NCBI GenBank assembly: GCA_964016885.1
Contig: OZ024742.1
Span: forward strand, 146,506,001-146,570,000
Direction of reading: 5' to 3'
Source of the DNA: Eledone cirrhosa
Lineage: Eukaryota
DNA length: 64,000 bases
The position numbers were made by a program, and so were the translations under genes. The notes beneath the pieces are model-generated. The model searched no databases. It worked only from the letters and a program-made list of their open reading frames with translations, and had not been told where the DNA came from. How positions within the stretch are numbered: the stretch's first letter is position 1; every line of letters begins with the position of its first letter. Below are positions 15,001-25,554 of this stretch, in pieces.

Positions 15001-17465
15001 GCTTAGAAGCAGTCATCTTTCCCCTCTCATAGGGCTTAGAAGCAGTCATCTTTCCCTTCACATAGGGCTTAGAAGCTGTCATCTTTCCCTTCTCATAGGG
15101 CTTAGAAGCAGTCATCTTTCCCTTCTCATAGGGCTTAGAAGCAGTCATCTTTCCCTTCTCATAGGGCTTAGAAGCTGTCATCTTTCCCTTCTCATAGGGC
15201 TTAGAAGCCATCATCTTTTCCTTCTCATAGGGCTTAGAAGCCATCATCTTTCCCTTCTCATAGGGCTTAGAAGCTGTCCTCATCCCCTTCTCATAGGGCT
15301 TAGAAGCTGTCATCTTTCCCCTCTCATAGGGCTTAGAAGCCATCATCTTTCCCCTCTCATAGGGCTTAGAAGCTGTCATCATTCCGTTCTCATAGGGCTT
15401 AGAAGCAGTCATCATTCCCTTCTCACAGGGCTTAGAAGCTGTCATCTTTCCCTTCTCATAGGGATCAGAAGCAGTCATCTTTCCCTTCTCATAGGGCTTA
15501 GAAGCAGTCATCTTTCCCTTCTCATAGGGCTTAGAAGCAGTCATCTTTCCCTTCTCACAGGGCTTAGAATCTGTCATCTTTCCCTTCTCATAGGGCTTAG
15601 AAGCAGTCATCATTCCCTTCTCATAGGGCTTAGAAGCTGTCATCTTTCCCTTCTCATAGGGCTTAGAAGCAGTCATCTTTCCCTTCTCATAGGGCGTAGA
15701 AGCTGTCATCTTTCCCCTCTCATAGGGCGTAGAAGCAGTCATCATTCCCCTCTCATAGGGCTTAGAAGCAGTCATCATTCCCTTCTCATAGGGCTTAGAA
15801 GCTGTCATCTTTCCCTTCTCATAGGGCTTAGAAGCAGTCATCTTTCCCTTCTCATAGGGCTTAGAAGCAGTCATCATTCCATTCTCATAGGGCTTTGAAG
15901 CTGTCATCTTTCCCTTCTCATAGGGCTTAGAAGCAGTCATCATTCCCCTCTAATAGGGCTTAGAAGCAGTCATCATTCCCTTCTCATAGGGCTTAGAAGC
16001 TGTCATCTTTCCCTTCTCATAGGGCTTAGAAGCAGTCATCTTGCCCTTCTCATAGGGCTTAGAAGCCATCATCTTTCCCTTCTCATAGGGCTTAGAAGCA
16101 GTCATCATTCCCTTCTCATAGGGCTTAGAAGCAGTCATCTTTCCCTTCTCATAGGGCTTAGAAGCTGTCATCTTTCCCTTCTCATAGGGCTTAGAAGCAG
16201 TCATCATTCCCTTCTCATAGGGCTTAGAAGCAGTCATCTTTCCCTTCTCATAGGGCTTAGAAGCAGTCATCTTTCCCCTCTCATAGGGCTTAGAAGCAGT
16301 CATCTTTCCCTTCACATAGGGCTTAGAAGCTGTCATCTTTCCCTTCTCATAGGGCTTAGAAGCAGTCATCTTTCCCTTCTCATAGGGCTTAGAAGCAGTC
16401 ATCTTTTCCCTTCTCATAGGGCTTAGAAGCTGTCATCTTTCCCTTCTCATAGGGCTTAGAAGCAGTCATCTTTCCCTTCTCATAGGGCTTAGAAGCAGTC
16501 ATCTTTCCCTTCTCATAGGACTTAGAAGCAGTCATCTTTCCCTTCTTATAGGGCTTAGAAGCTGTCATCTTTCCCTTCTCATAGGGCTTAGAAGCTGTCA
16601 TCTTTCCCTTCTCATAGGGCTTAGAAGCAGTCATCTTTCCCCTCTCATAGGGCCTAGAAGCTGTCATCATTCCCTTCTCATAGGGCTTAGAAGCAGTCAT
16701 CTTTTCCCTCTCATAGGGCTTAGAAACTGTCATCTTTCCCCTCTCATAGGGCTTAGAAGCTGTCATCTTTCCCTTCTCATAGGGCTTAGAAGCTGTCATC
16801 ATTCCCTTCTCATAGGGCTTAGAAGCAGTCATCTTTCCCCTCTCATAGGGCTTAGAAGCAGTCATCTTTCCCTTCTCATGGGGCTTAGAAGCAGTCATCT
16901 TTCCCCTCTCATAGGGCTTAGAAGCAGTCATCTTTCTCTTCTCATAGGGCTTAGAAGCAGTCATCTTTCCCCTCTCATAGGGCTTAGAAGCAGTCATCTT
17001 CCCCCTCTCATAGGGCTTAGAAGCAGTCATCTTTCCCTTCTCACAGGGCTTAGAAGCAGTCATCTTTCCCTTCTCACAGGGCTTAGAAGCAGTCATCTTT
17101 TCCCTCTCATAGGGCTTAGAAGCAGTCATCTTTTCCCTCTCATAGGGCTTAGAAACTGTCATCTTTCCCCTCTCATAGGGCTTAGAAGCAGTCATCTTTC
17201 CCTTCTCATAGGGCTTAGAAGCAGTCATCTTTCCCTTCTCATAGGGCTTAGAAGCTGTCATCATTCCCTTCTCATAGGGCTTAGAAGCAGTCATCTTTCC
17301 CCACTCATAGGGCATAGAAGCAGTCATCTTTCCCCTCTCATAGGGCTTAGAAGCAGTCATCTTTCCCCTCTCATAGGGCTTAGAAGCTGTCATCTTTCCC
17401 CTCTCATAGGGCTTAGAAGTAGTCATCATTCCTCTCTCATAGGGCTTAGAAGCTGTCGTCTTTCA
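1..17465. repeat. 33-bp tandem minisatellite/satellite array, about 530 units, continuing off the left edge
   Basis: Consensus GTCATC(T/A)TTCCC(T/C)TCTCATAGGGCTTAGAAGC(A/T) repeats continuously to ~17465. The minus-strand ORFs are 11-aa repeats (MTASKPYEKGK) broken by a few stops and indels. Confidence 0.98.
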
Positions 17466-18511
17466 CTCTGTAAAAGTTCCTCTGTTTGATTCTACAAACA
17501 TGTTCTCATCTTCTCATGCCAATAAATAAATAGATATCTATAATTCCTGAAGTGAACCTGTCACCAAAGGAGGGTACGTAGTGGCACTGTTGCCCTACAT
17601 TTCAATGGCACACCCTCAGGTTTAGAAAATAGACATTGATATGCTTATCCTGAAACTCCACTTTAGAATTATTGTGCATTAACATTCACCCAGAATGTTC
17701 TAAAGATCCACCAACCACCAAAGCTTGGTGATGGGCCTGTCCTAAACATTACATTGAACCTTTTCATTACAATATTTCTAATGAAAGACACTGTCGATGA
17801 TTTGCAGATTATTTTGAAAATAATCAAGAATTTGGAGGAATTTAGGAAAATAAATAACTTTATCATTATTAAGTTGATGTTTTGAACTTAACAATATTTC
17901 CTACATAGAATTATGATAGGTTTTTAGATGAACATAAACACTTTAAAACAGTTTTGTATAAAAGACCCAGAGGAGGTTTCAAATGGTTTGGCATCAACAG
18001 AGTTAAATTACGTTAATTGAAAACATCTTTCAAGTTCCAATAGATGACACTCCTTTCATTTTCCTAAGTTTCTTCAGACTTACCACCTTCCATTTTTACT
18101 ATTAACATGTGTGTCATGAAACGTGTCTTTTCTATATAAAGAAACAACTGGCCTTCTTCTCTCCAAATGAAAACATGGCTAGAAAGATTCTCTTCTCTAC
18201 AGCAACATAAAAGAAGATTTGTCTTTTTCTCGTTTCTATTATTTGTGTTTGTTATTCCTATTCACGCACAGCTACTACCAACTAGACTGAGCAACTCCTA
18301 AATCTTTCGTAGCAGCAATAATTGGAGACAAGGATCAATATAGTTTCTTATTTATTTCTTCACTTCAAATCCACAGTTATTGCTATGTCTTTTTTTGTGT
18401 GTGTGTTTACACACACACATATACACACATTGCAATGAACACATACATGTACTGCTATGCACTATCATAACATAAACACACATAGTCACAAACATACACA
18501 CACACACACAT

Positions 18512-18780
18512 ATCATCATCATCATCATTTAATGTCTATTTTTTCCACACTAGCATGGGTTAGACAGGTTGCCCCATTGTGAAACAAACCATGTCTGATG
18601 ACCATTTCTTGATCATATAGGAATGGTTTTGGCTTGGTTTCTATGGCAGGATGCCCTTCCTAACACCAACCTCATTTACAGTGTGTGCTGGGTACTTTTT
18701 GTTGTGACACCTACATGACCACTTTACAGTGTGGGCTATACACGTTTTGTCATGTCACTTACACAACCATTTTTACAGAA
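18512..18780 (-). mobile_element. RTE LINE 3' end remnant with (GAT)n tail
   Basis: (CAT)n followed by ttccacactagcatgggtt and gatgcccttcctaacaccaacc, matching the 3' UTR of the RTE copy at 31496-31800. Confidence 0.75.
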
Positions 18781-19130
18781 TGGGATGGAGACTTGGGTAA
18801 GGGGAGGTATGTGAGATTGAGGATGTAGATGTAGGGGATGTGAGGTATATATATATATATGGCAGTTGACTAAAAAGGTATTGGGAAAATTTGAAATTTG
18901 AAACAAGCATCCCAACACAAATTACCATAATAATAGTTGGTCACTATAAATAATAGTTTATAAAATCAGGTAAAGTAGTCCTGGAGAACAAGAAAGGTAG
19001 ACCAAGGCACCTGTAATTAATTGAATTCTACATATCTCAGATGCCAAGTGAATACATAAACTACTACACTAATGAGCTGTGGGTCATGAATTCTGTCTTT
19101 TTAGAGAATATTAAACCTGTAGCAAAACAT

Positions 19131-19359
19131 TTAACCCTTTAGCATTTAAACTGGCCGTATCCAGCCAGAATTCTCTCACCTCTTTCTGCTCAATCTGGCT
19201 GCGACCAGCCAGTCATACTGATATTAAGGTATTGTTCTCAAAATAAATAATATCAAAATCTCATAAATTCGATATTATGTGAGATAATTGTGAGAGGTAA
19301 AGCCTTTACCATGAAAATGCAATAGTAAATATAGAATAATGTAAATGCTAAAAAGCTAA
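19131..19359. mobile_element. TTAA-flanked MITE with piggyBac-like termini
   Basis: Starts TTAACCCTTTAGCATTTA and ends TAAATGCTAAAAAGCTAA (degenerate inverted terminus). The same ~225-bp body recurs at 45086-45314 and 45763-46193. Confidence 0.75.
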
Positions 19360-19519
19360 AGAACTGGGGCAAGTACATTTCAAATTTTCTCAATGTTTTT
19401 TTAAGTCATTAGCAATGGCATGTCAAGGTCAGAATGAACTGGATGTTGGTAACATTAATTTTCTGATCAGTGGGACTACAACAAACATTTCCCCTAGTAG
19501 ATAATTCTGGAAATACTTT

Positions 19520-19822
19520 TAGACGATGAGTACTCCAGTTGATTCAATCAACAGAAATGCCTGCTTGGGAAATTAAAATGTAAGTGGTTGAGCATTCCAC
19601 AGAGAAGTGCACCCCTAATGTAATTATCAGGGAGATTCAGCATGACAGTGTATGAAAAGGCTTGCTCCATGGATTACAAGTACAACTCAATTTGGCTGGC
19701 TGAGTAGACTGGAGCAATGTGAAATAAAGTGTCTTGTTCAATGACACAACAGTCCAAGAATCAAAATCATGACTTTACAATCATGAACTGAATGGCGGCC
19801 TAATCACTAAGCCATGTGCTTT
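19520..19822 (-). mobile_element. tRNA-derived SINE, same family as 40557 and 41131
   Basis: Reverse complement has the head gcacatggcttagtgattag and the body gaacaagacactttatttcacattgctccagtctactcag. Confidence 0.75.
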
Positions 19823-19932
19823 CACTAGAAGATATATGTATATATATATATATAAAAATGAGCGGAGCAAGCAATTATCAAACAATTCTTTAAATAAATT
19901 AAAAAACGATTTAAATAATCACCTGTTCTGTT

Positions 19933-20012
19933 GCTGTTACTGACGGTTTCACCAGTCCAAAGATTGGAAATCCAGAGAATTTCCAATAGAAAGAATTAGA
20001 TCTTCAGACAGC
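19933..20012 (-). ncRNA. Putative type-I hammerhead ribozyme with long stem II
   Basis: Minus strand reads GCTGT CTGAAGA [stem II containing hairpin ATTGGAAATTC/GGATTTCCAAT] GAAA CCG TC agta ACAGC. Confidence 0.55.
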
Positions 20013-20199
20013 TTATTTCCATACTATAAGGTTGCTAATCTCACAGTAAGTCAATATTTCGCTTCCTGCCTAACACATGCGGTCAGGCCGTTAAAATGAC
20101 ACACACGCAAAATCAGGCCACAAGTAAGAGCTGTTTTATTATAAACTTGTTGATCATGCCACTAAAACTAGCAGCACGATATATATATATATATGTATG

Positions 20200-20300
<101 letters not shown>

Positions 20301-20315
20301 TTAATTTATAAAATA

Positions 20316-20480
20316 AATTTTTTTTAAGGAAAAAAAAAATTTTTTTCTAATCCGGAAAAAAATTCTTTTGGGATTTTGTGAAGAAAATAAATTTGTTGAA
20401 AGCACAAGTGAAGCCATTTTTTCTTTCCCCCTGTCTTAATATACCTAACTGTACCAAGGATTACACACATTTTCCAATAT
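20316..20480 (+). repeat. 5' pseudo-LTR (partial) of the PLE
   Basis: tttttttaaggaaaaaaa...tccggaaaaaa...gtaccaaggattacacacattttccaata is near-identical to 25320-25483. Confidence 0.92.
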
Positions 20481-20503
20481 TCTATCCCCTTGTACAAGAC
20501 AGA

Positions 20504-21718
20504 ATGGCTAACACACGTTCAAAATCCTCTACTGAATCCCTCAAATCGGATACACTACTACAGGAAATATCAGAAAAACTCACCATAATAATAGATAAAT
20601 ATGATTCCCTTAAGAATGCCGTACAAGAAATGGAACAACAAACACGCAGCTATAGGGAAAAACTTGATTCACTAATTACAGACCGACAAAAACAAGAACA
20701 AACCTTTTCTCCTGAAATAGCTACACATGAACAGAACTCCATCACCAATAATGCATTCAAAGAATGGAATGAACTGAATCTAGAAAAAGAAGCCTACAGA
20801 AAAAGAAACCAAATGAAAAACATTTGGAACCAACTATTAAATCAAAGGAAACAGGCATACTGGAAAGCCTTGAGGAGTGAAAACCTAGCAGACACATACG
20901 AAATATGGCGTAGCAAGGAACCAGTTATCCTCCCGAGAAAATTCAGAATTAAAGAAATACCATCGGAATCAAAGGAAGAAACTGCAACAAGACTAAATCT
21001 AGCACTCCAAACACTTGAGACCGAAATCACCCTACTCCGCCTAAGAGTGCCAAAATTCAAAGAGAAATTTGAAAAATGCGACACCACCATCCAAGAGGAA
21101 ATAAACAAAAGAAGCAGCGGCAATGTACGTGAAAAACTCCTTAACCTATGGCAGACATATACAACTAGAGAGGAGTTAAAATCAAAGAAAATCTTGGAGT
21201 CAAGAACTCAATGGCTTCAAGAATATGAAGATAACTATGGGAAAGACCAAATAAAACCCAGAAAACAAACCCATAGGAAACCCCAGAACTCAGGAAAATA
21301 CAACAACACAAGAAATGAAGCACCCACACACAATAAACCAACAACAACCAGATATTGGGTAACCCCAAACACACAACTACATACAGACCCAATACTCAAC
21401 ACCAGAACCAGATACAACCACTGCCATAACACCAAGAAAAATTACCGGAGACAAAATCAAAGACACATGAATACCGAACGAAACAACAGAAGAACCAGAC
21501 CCCCATATAGCAACGACCACGCAAGAATCTATCGCCCAACCAGTTACCGGCATGAAGTTCCGGCGGGCAAAAGGTTTCACCACAACAGAAACACCCCTAT
21601 CCCAAATGGCACCCATTTTTTAGGACTAGGGGCCTCGCACCAAATGAAAGAAAAAAAGAAAAAAGCACCACCTTTCAAGTGGCATCTGACGAGAAAGAAC
21701 CAATCGAACCAAAAATAA
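20504..21718 (+). CDS. PLE ORF1: helical/coiled-coil N-terminal part and basic, low-complexity C-terminal part
   Basis: First ATG at 20504 (MANTRSKS...), about 404 uninterrupted codons. E/K/Q/L-rich first half, R/N/T/H-rich second half. Overlaps the RT frame. Confidence 0.75.
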   Translation: MANTRSKSSTESLKSDTLLQEISEKLTIIIDKYDSLKNAVQEMEQQTRSYREKLDSLITDRQKQEQTFSPEIATHEQNSITNNAFKEWNELNLEKEAYRKRNQMKNIWNQLLNQRKQAYWKALRSENLADTYEIWRSKEPVILPRKFRIKEIPSESKEETATRLNLALQTLETEITLLRLRVPKFKEKFEKCDTTIQEEINKRSSGNVREKLLNLWQTYTTREELKSKKILESRTQWLQEYEDNYGKDQIKPRKQTHRKPQNSGKYNNTRNEAPTHNKPTTTRYWVTPNTQLHTDPILNTRTRYNHCHNTKKNYRRQNQRHMNTERNNRRTRPPYSNDHARIYRPTSYRHEVPAGKRFHHNRNTPIPNGTHFLGLGASHQMKEKKKKAPPFKWHLTRKNQSNQK

Positions 21719-23945
21719 TCAATATATCAGCCAAGAAATTAACACAACCAGAAATACAACTGTTAGAAAATGGACTGAAGTTCACTCCCACTCCGAAAGC
21801 AGATACAGCCGATGTTATAAAAGACACAGAAGAATACTATCGAAAATTACGCTTAGGAGAATTCTTCCAGGGTGTACAATACGAGGAAGAATCACTGGTG
21901 AAAAACAAAAAGAACTTCACACCCCCGCTAAATAGAGATAAATACCTGGAGGAATACATAACCTGCCTTCACCGATCAGCACGTACAAATACGGCCGAGA
22001 CGAAACACAAACGCAACATCCCTACAGACCAACTACTAGCATTGAACAAGCTACAAAGGGATTTCTCAATAATAATAAAAGAAGCGGACAAAGGTGGAGC
22101 AATCGTCATCATGGACACAAACCACTACAAAGATATGGTTCTAGCACACTTGAATGACGAAAACTTCTACAGGAAAATCACTAAAAACGAAGAAAGGAAA
22201 TCGAGGAACCAAATAGGCAAACTAACAACAAAGTACCAAAACAACCTAACACCAAAAGAAGTAGATTACCTAACCAACTTCGAAATGAAAACCAGCAATT
22301 TCTATGGATTACCAAAAATTCACAAATCCATAGAAATCCAAAACAACATAAAAGGGAAAAATACATCATACATCGAAGCACCAAAACCGACAGACTTAAA
22401 ATTACGCCCCATTATTGCTGGCCCAGCCTCAAGCACACAACGTCTTAGCAACCTATTAGACATCATACTCAAACCCCTATGTAAAAAAGTTCCAAGCTAC
22501 ATCAGAGATGATATGGAATTCCTTAACTATATCCCCCAAAAAGTACACCAGGATACAATCCTAGTCAGTTTTTATGTAATAAGCCTGTACACTAACATCC
22601 CACACGACCTAGGGATTGAAGCTGTGGACTTCTGGATTACAAAACACTCAAGTCACATTTCAGAAAGATTCCCCAAAGAATTCATCTTGGAAGGACTTAA
22701 ATTAGTATTGGAAAACAACCACTTCCTCTTTGACAACGAACTTTATCTACAAATAAAAGGAACAGCCATGGGTACCAAAGTGGCCCCTACATATGCAACG
22801 CTCGTTATGGGTCACTTAGAGGCAAAATTATATTCCCAACTACAGATAACATTCAGTCACGACTTCGCCTTCTACATTAATAAAAACTGAAAACGTTACC
22901 TAGATGACTGCTTCATCTTCTGGAACAGAAGCCAAACAGACCTACAAAAATTTTATTCGATCTTAAACAGGCTTCATGAAGCTATACAATTCACTATGGA
23001 ATGTAACGAAAAGGAACTGCCCTTTCTAGATATCCTCATCATTAAAGAAGGGGAAAATATCATGACGGACCTATTTTGCAAACCCACTGACACACACCAA
23101 TACTTAAATTTCCGGTCAGCACACCCCTCACATACGAAAAGGAACATTCCCTTCAACATGGCAAGGCGCATCTGCACTATAGCAACACACCCCGTACTAC
23201 AAGAAAAAAGATTATGTGACCTGAAAAAATTCCTTAAAAAACAAGAATACCCGATGAAACTCATCAACGCAACCATCTCCAAGGCTAACAACATCCCAAT
23301 AACAACACTGAGAAAACCAAACCCACAACATAAAAAAGAAAACCCTGCTATCTCTTTTGTCATCACTCACAACCCAGGGAACATCAACATTGTGAAAACT
23401 GCTAAGCAGTATCTCCCGATTCTACAGCAATCTACCAAAATGAATGCACTCTTAAAAAACACACAGATAATTTATAGCAGACGCCAAGCACCCAACCTTA
23501 AAAAACTAATTACCAAGGCAAAATTTACGACCAACAAGGAATCAATGCAAGTGACAAAATGCGGGGACCCTAGATGTGGAACCTGTGAACTCATCGAAGA
23601 GGGCAAACAGTTGTCCTTCAAAAACCATGATAATTTCAAGGTCAATGCAAACATGAACTGCAAAACGAAAAATCTAATATATTGCGCAACATGTCCACAG
23701 TGTAAAGAGTATTACATTGGGAAACCGGAACGGGATTACATGATAGAGTCCGGGTACATAAACAACAAATTAAAGACCCCACAGTCAGAAATACCACATG
23801 TAGCGCACACTTTGCATCATGCGGGAAGGGAAAATTCACAATCTTCCCTTTCTTCAAGATATGGTCGGATAACGAACATTTCCGCAGATATAAAGAAGAA
23901 TTCTTCATTGAAACATTTAAACCACTACTGAACACGAAAAAATGA
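21616..23945 (+). pseudogene. PLE reverse transcriptase plus GIY-YIG endonuclease (disrupted)
   Basis: Motifs GLKFTPTP, ADKGGAIVI, FYGLPKIHK, LRPII, SLYTNI, GTAMGT, KRYLDDCF, LPFLD, KPTDTHQYL, CxxxxCxxC, LIY...YIG. Lesions: D>Y in motif A (FYVISLY), TGA at 22888-22890, and a 1-nt frameshift near 23720. The shifted frame reads ETGTGLHDRVRVHKQQI...IFPFFK...FKPLLNTKK* to 23945. Confidence 0.93.
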
Positions 23946-24029
23946 ATTAACACTCGGAGGTAAAATTCCATTTCACTACCCCCCCCACCCTCTTCTTATG
24001 TGTACACATGAATATCTGAGTGAACGGTG

Positions 24030-24490
24030 AGACACACACATATATGTGTGTAGGTATGTATGGATGTATGTACGTGTGGGTATATATGTATGTGGGTGTG
24101 TGTATGTGTGTGTATATATATGTATGGATGTGTGTATGTTTGTACGTGTGTGTATATATATATATATATATGTGTGTATGTATATGTTTGTGTATATATA
24201 TATATGTATATAGATATATGTTTATATGTGTGTGTATGTATATGTATGTATCTATATATATGTGTGTGTGTATATGTATGTGCATATATGTATATATGTG
24301 TGTACATATGTGTATGTTTCTGTATGTGTATATGTATGTATGTATGTAGATGTATGTATATATATGTATATATATATATATATATGTATGTATATATGTG
24401 TCTTTATGTGCTTGTGTGTACACACATATATATATATATATATGTGTGTATGTATGTGTGTGTATATATATATATGTATATATATATGTG

Positions 24491-24523
<33 letters not shown>

Positions 24524-24892
24524 ATGTATGTGTGTATATATGTATGTGTGTATATATGTACTTGTATGTGTATGTGTATGTGTATGTATGTATATATATA
24601 TATGTATATATATATGTGTATATATATATAGATATATGTATATGTGTATATGTATGTATATGTGTGTATGTGTCTGTATGTATTTATGTGTACATATATG
24701 TATGCGTGTGTGTGTGTATGCCTCTCTCTCTATATATATATATATGTGTATATATATTTATGTGTGTATGTGTGTGTGTGTATGCATGTATGTGGATGTA
24801 TATGTACATGGGTGTGTGATTGATGGTGTGTGCCTATATATTCCTACATATGCCCGTGTGTGTATGTACGTATATACGCACATATGTGTGTG
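24030..24892. repeat. (TA)/(TG)/(TATG) compound microsatellite inside the PLE 3' region
   Basis: About 860 bp of mixed dinucleotide repeats; source of the spurious YI/VC ORFs. Confidence 0.95.
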
Positions 24893-25319
24893 TTGAACAA
24901 AGGACTAATTTTGGGATGGACGTAGAAAAATTCTTCAGAAAAAAATAATTGTTTACAAACTTGGCAGGTGCGATTTGCCTGTGACCATTCTCAACACAAA
25001 GGAATCCCCTGAATAAAGGAATTTTTCGAGAATGACCGGGGCAGGCCGCACTTGCTACATTTCTCCCCACCCAACCCTACTCACCGTCTCAACTCATTAC
25101 TGCTATTAACACTTTTTTAACACACCTACACCCATACGCTTATTAAAAGGAGAAAAAAAAAAGAAGAAAAAAAAACCCCACCACACCACAGGCATGTCAA
25201 ATCCCTATATATAGAACAACACACCACATACACATCAGTTTGACAAGCGCACCTCAGCGTGAAAGGTCGTTCTAAAAACGAAACAATACCTCCTACGTTA
25301 ACCAAGAACTCCTAACTTA

Positions 25320-25475
25320 ATTTTTTTTTAAGGAAAAAAATTTTTTTTTCTAATCCGGAAAAAAATTATTTTTGGATTTTGTGAAGAAAATAAATTTGTT
25401 GAAAGCACAAGTGAAGCCATTTTTTCTTTCCCCCTGTCTTAATATACCTAACTGTACCAAGGATTACACACATTT

Positions 25476-25483
<8 letters not shown>
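25320..25483 (+). repeat. 3' pseudo-LTR segment matching the 5' repeat
   Basis: Direct repeat of 20316-20480 that runs into (TA)n. Confidence 0.92.
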
Positions 25484-25525
<42 letters not shown>

Positions 25526-25554
25526 ATATATATCTGTATGTGTGTGTGTGAGTG

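Larger units (their letters stand above)
20316..25483 (+). mobile_element. Penelope-like retroelement (Naiad-like, GIY-YIG), near full length, inactivated, inserted in (TA)n
   Basis: RT and GIY-YIG coding region bounded by ~165-bp direct repeats (20316-20480 and 25320-25483), with (TA)n on both flanks. Confidence 0.92.

Noticed and set aside
1-17465. CRISPR array or bona fide giant CDS
   Set aside because: There are no unique spacers and the units are contiguous. Stops and frameshifts are present, and nothing here shows expression.
17460-17480. Minus-strand splice acceptor (ttttacag) at the array edge
   Set aside because: It is followed by AG TGA AAG ACG, an in-frame stop in the repeat-peptide frame, so it does not open the MTASKPY frame.
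9884-17489. Plus-strand LRSSHLSLLIG ORFs
   Set aside because: Antisense by-product of the 33-bp unit.
20378-20503. ORF1 N-terminal extension from GTG at 20378
   Set aside because: It lies in the pseudo-LTR; the first ATG at 20504 is the more plausible eukaryotic start.
23947-24896. YI/VC/HT-rich ORFs (also near 30372, 34934, 53504 and 55447-56454)
   Set aside because: Translations of dinucleotide microsatellites.
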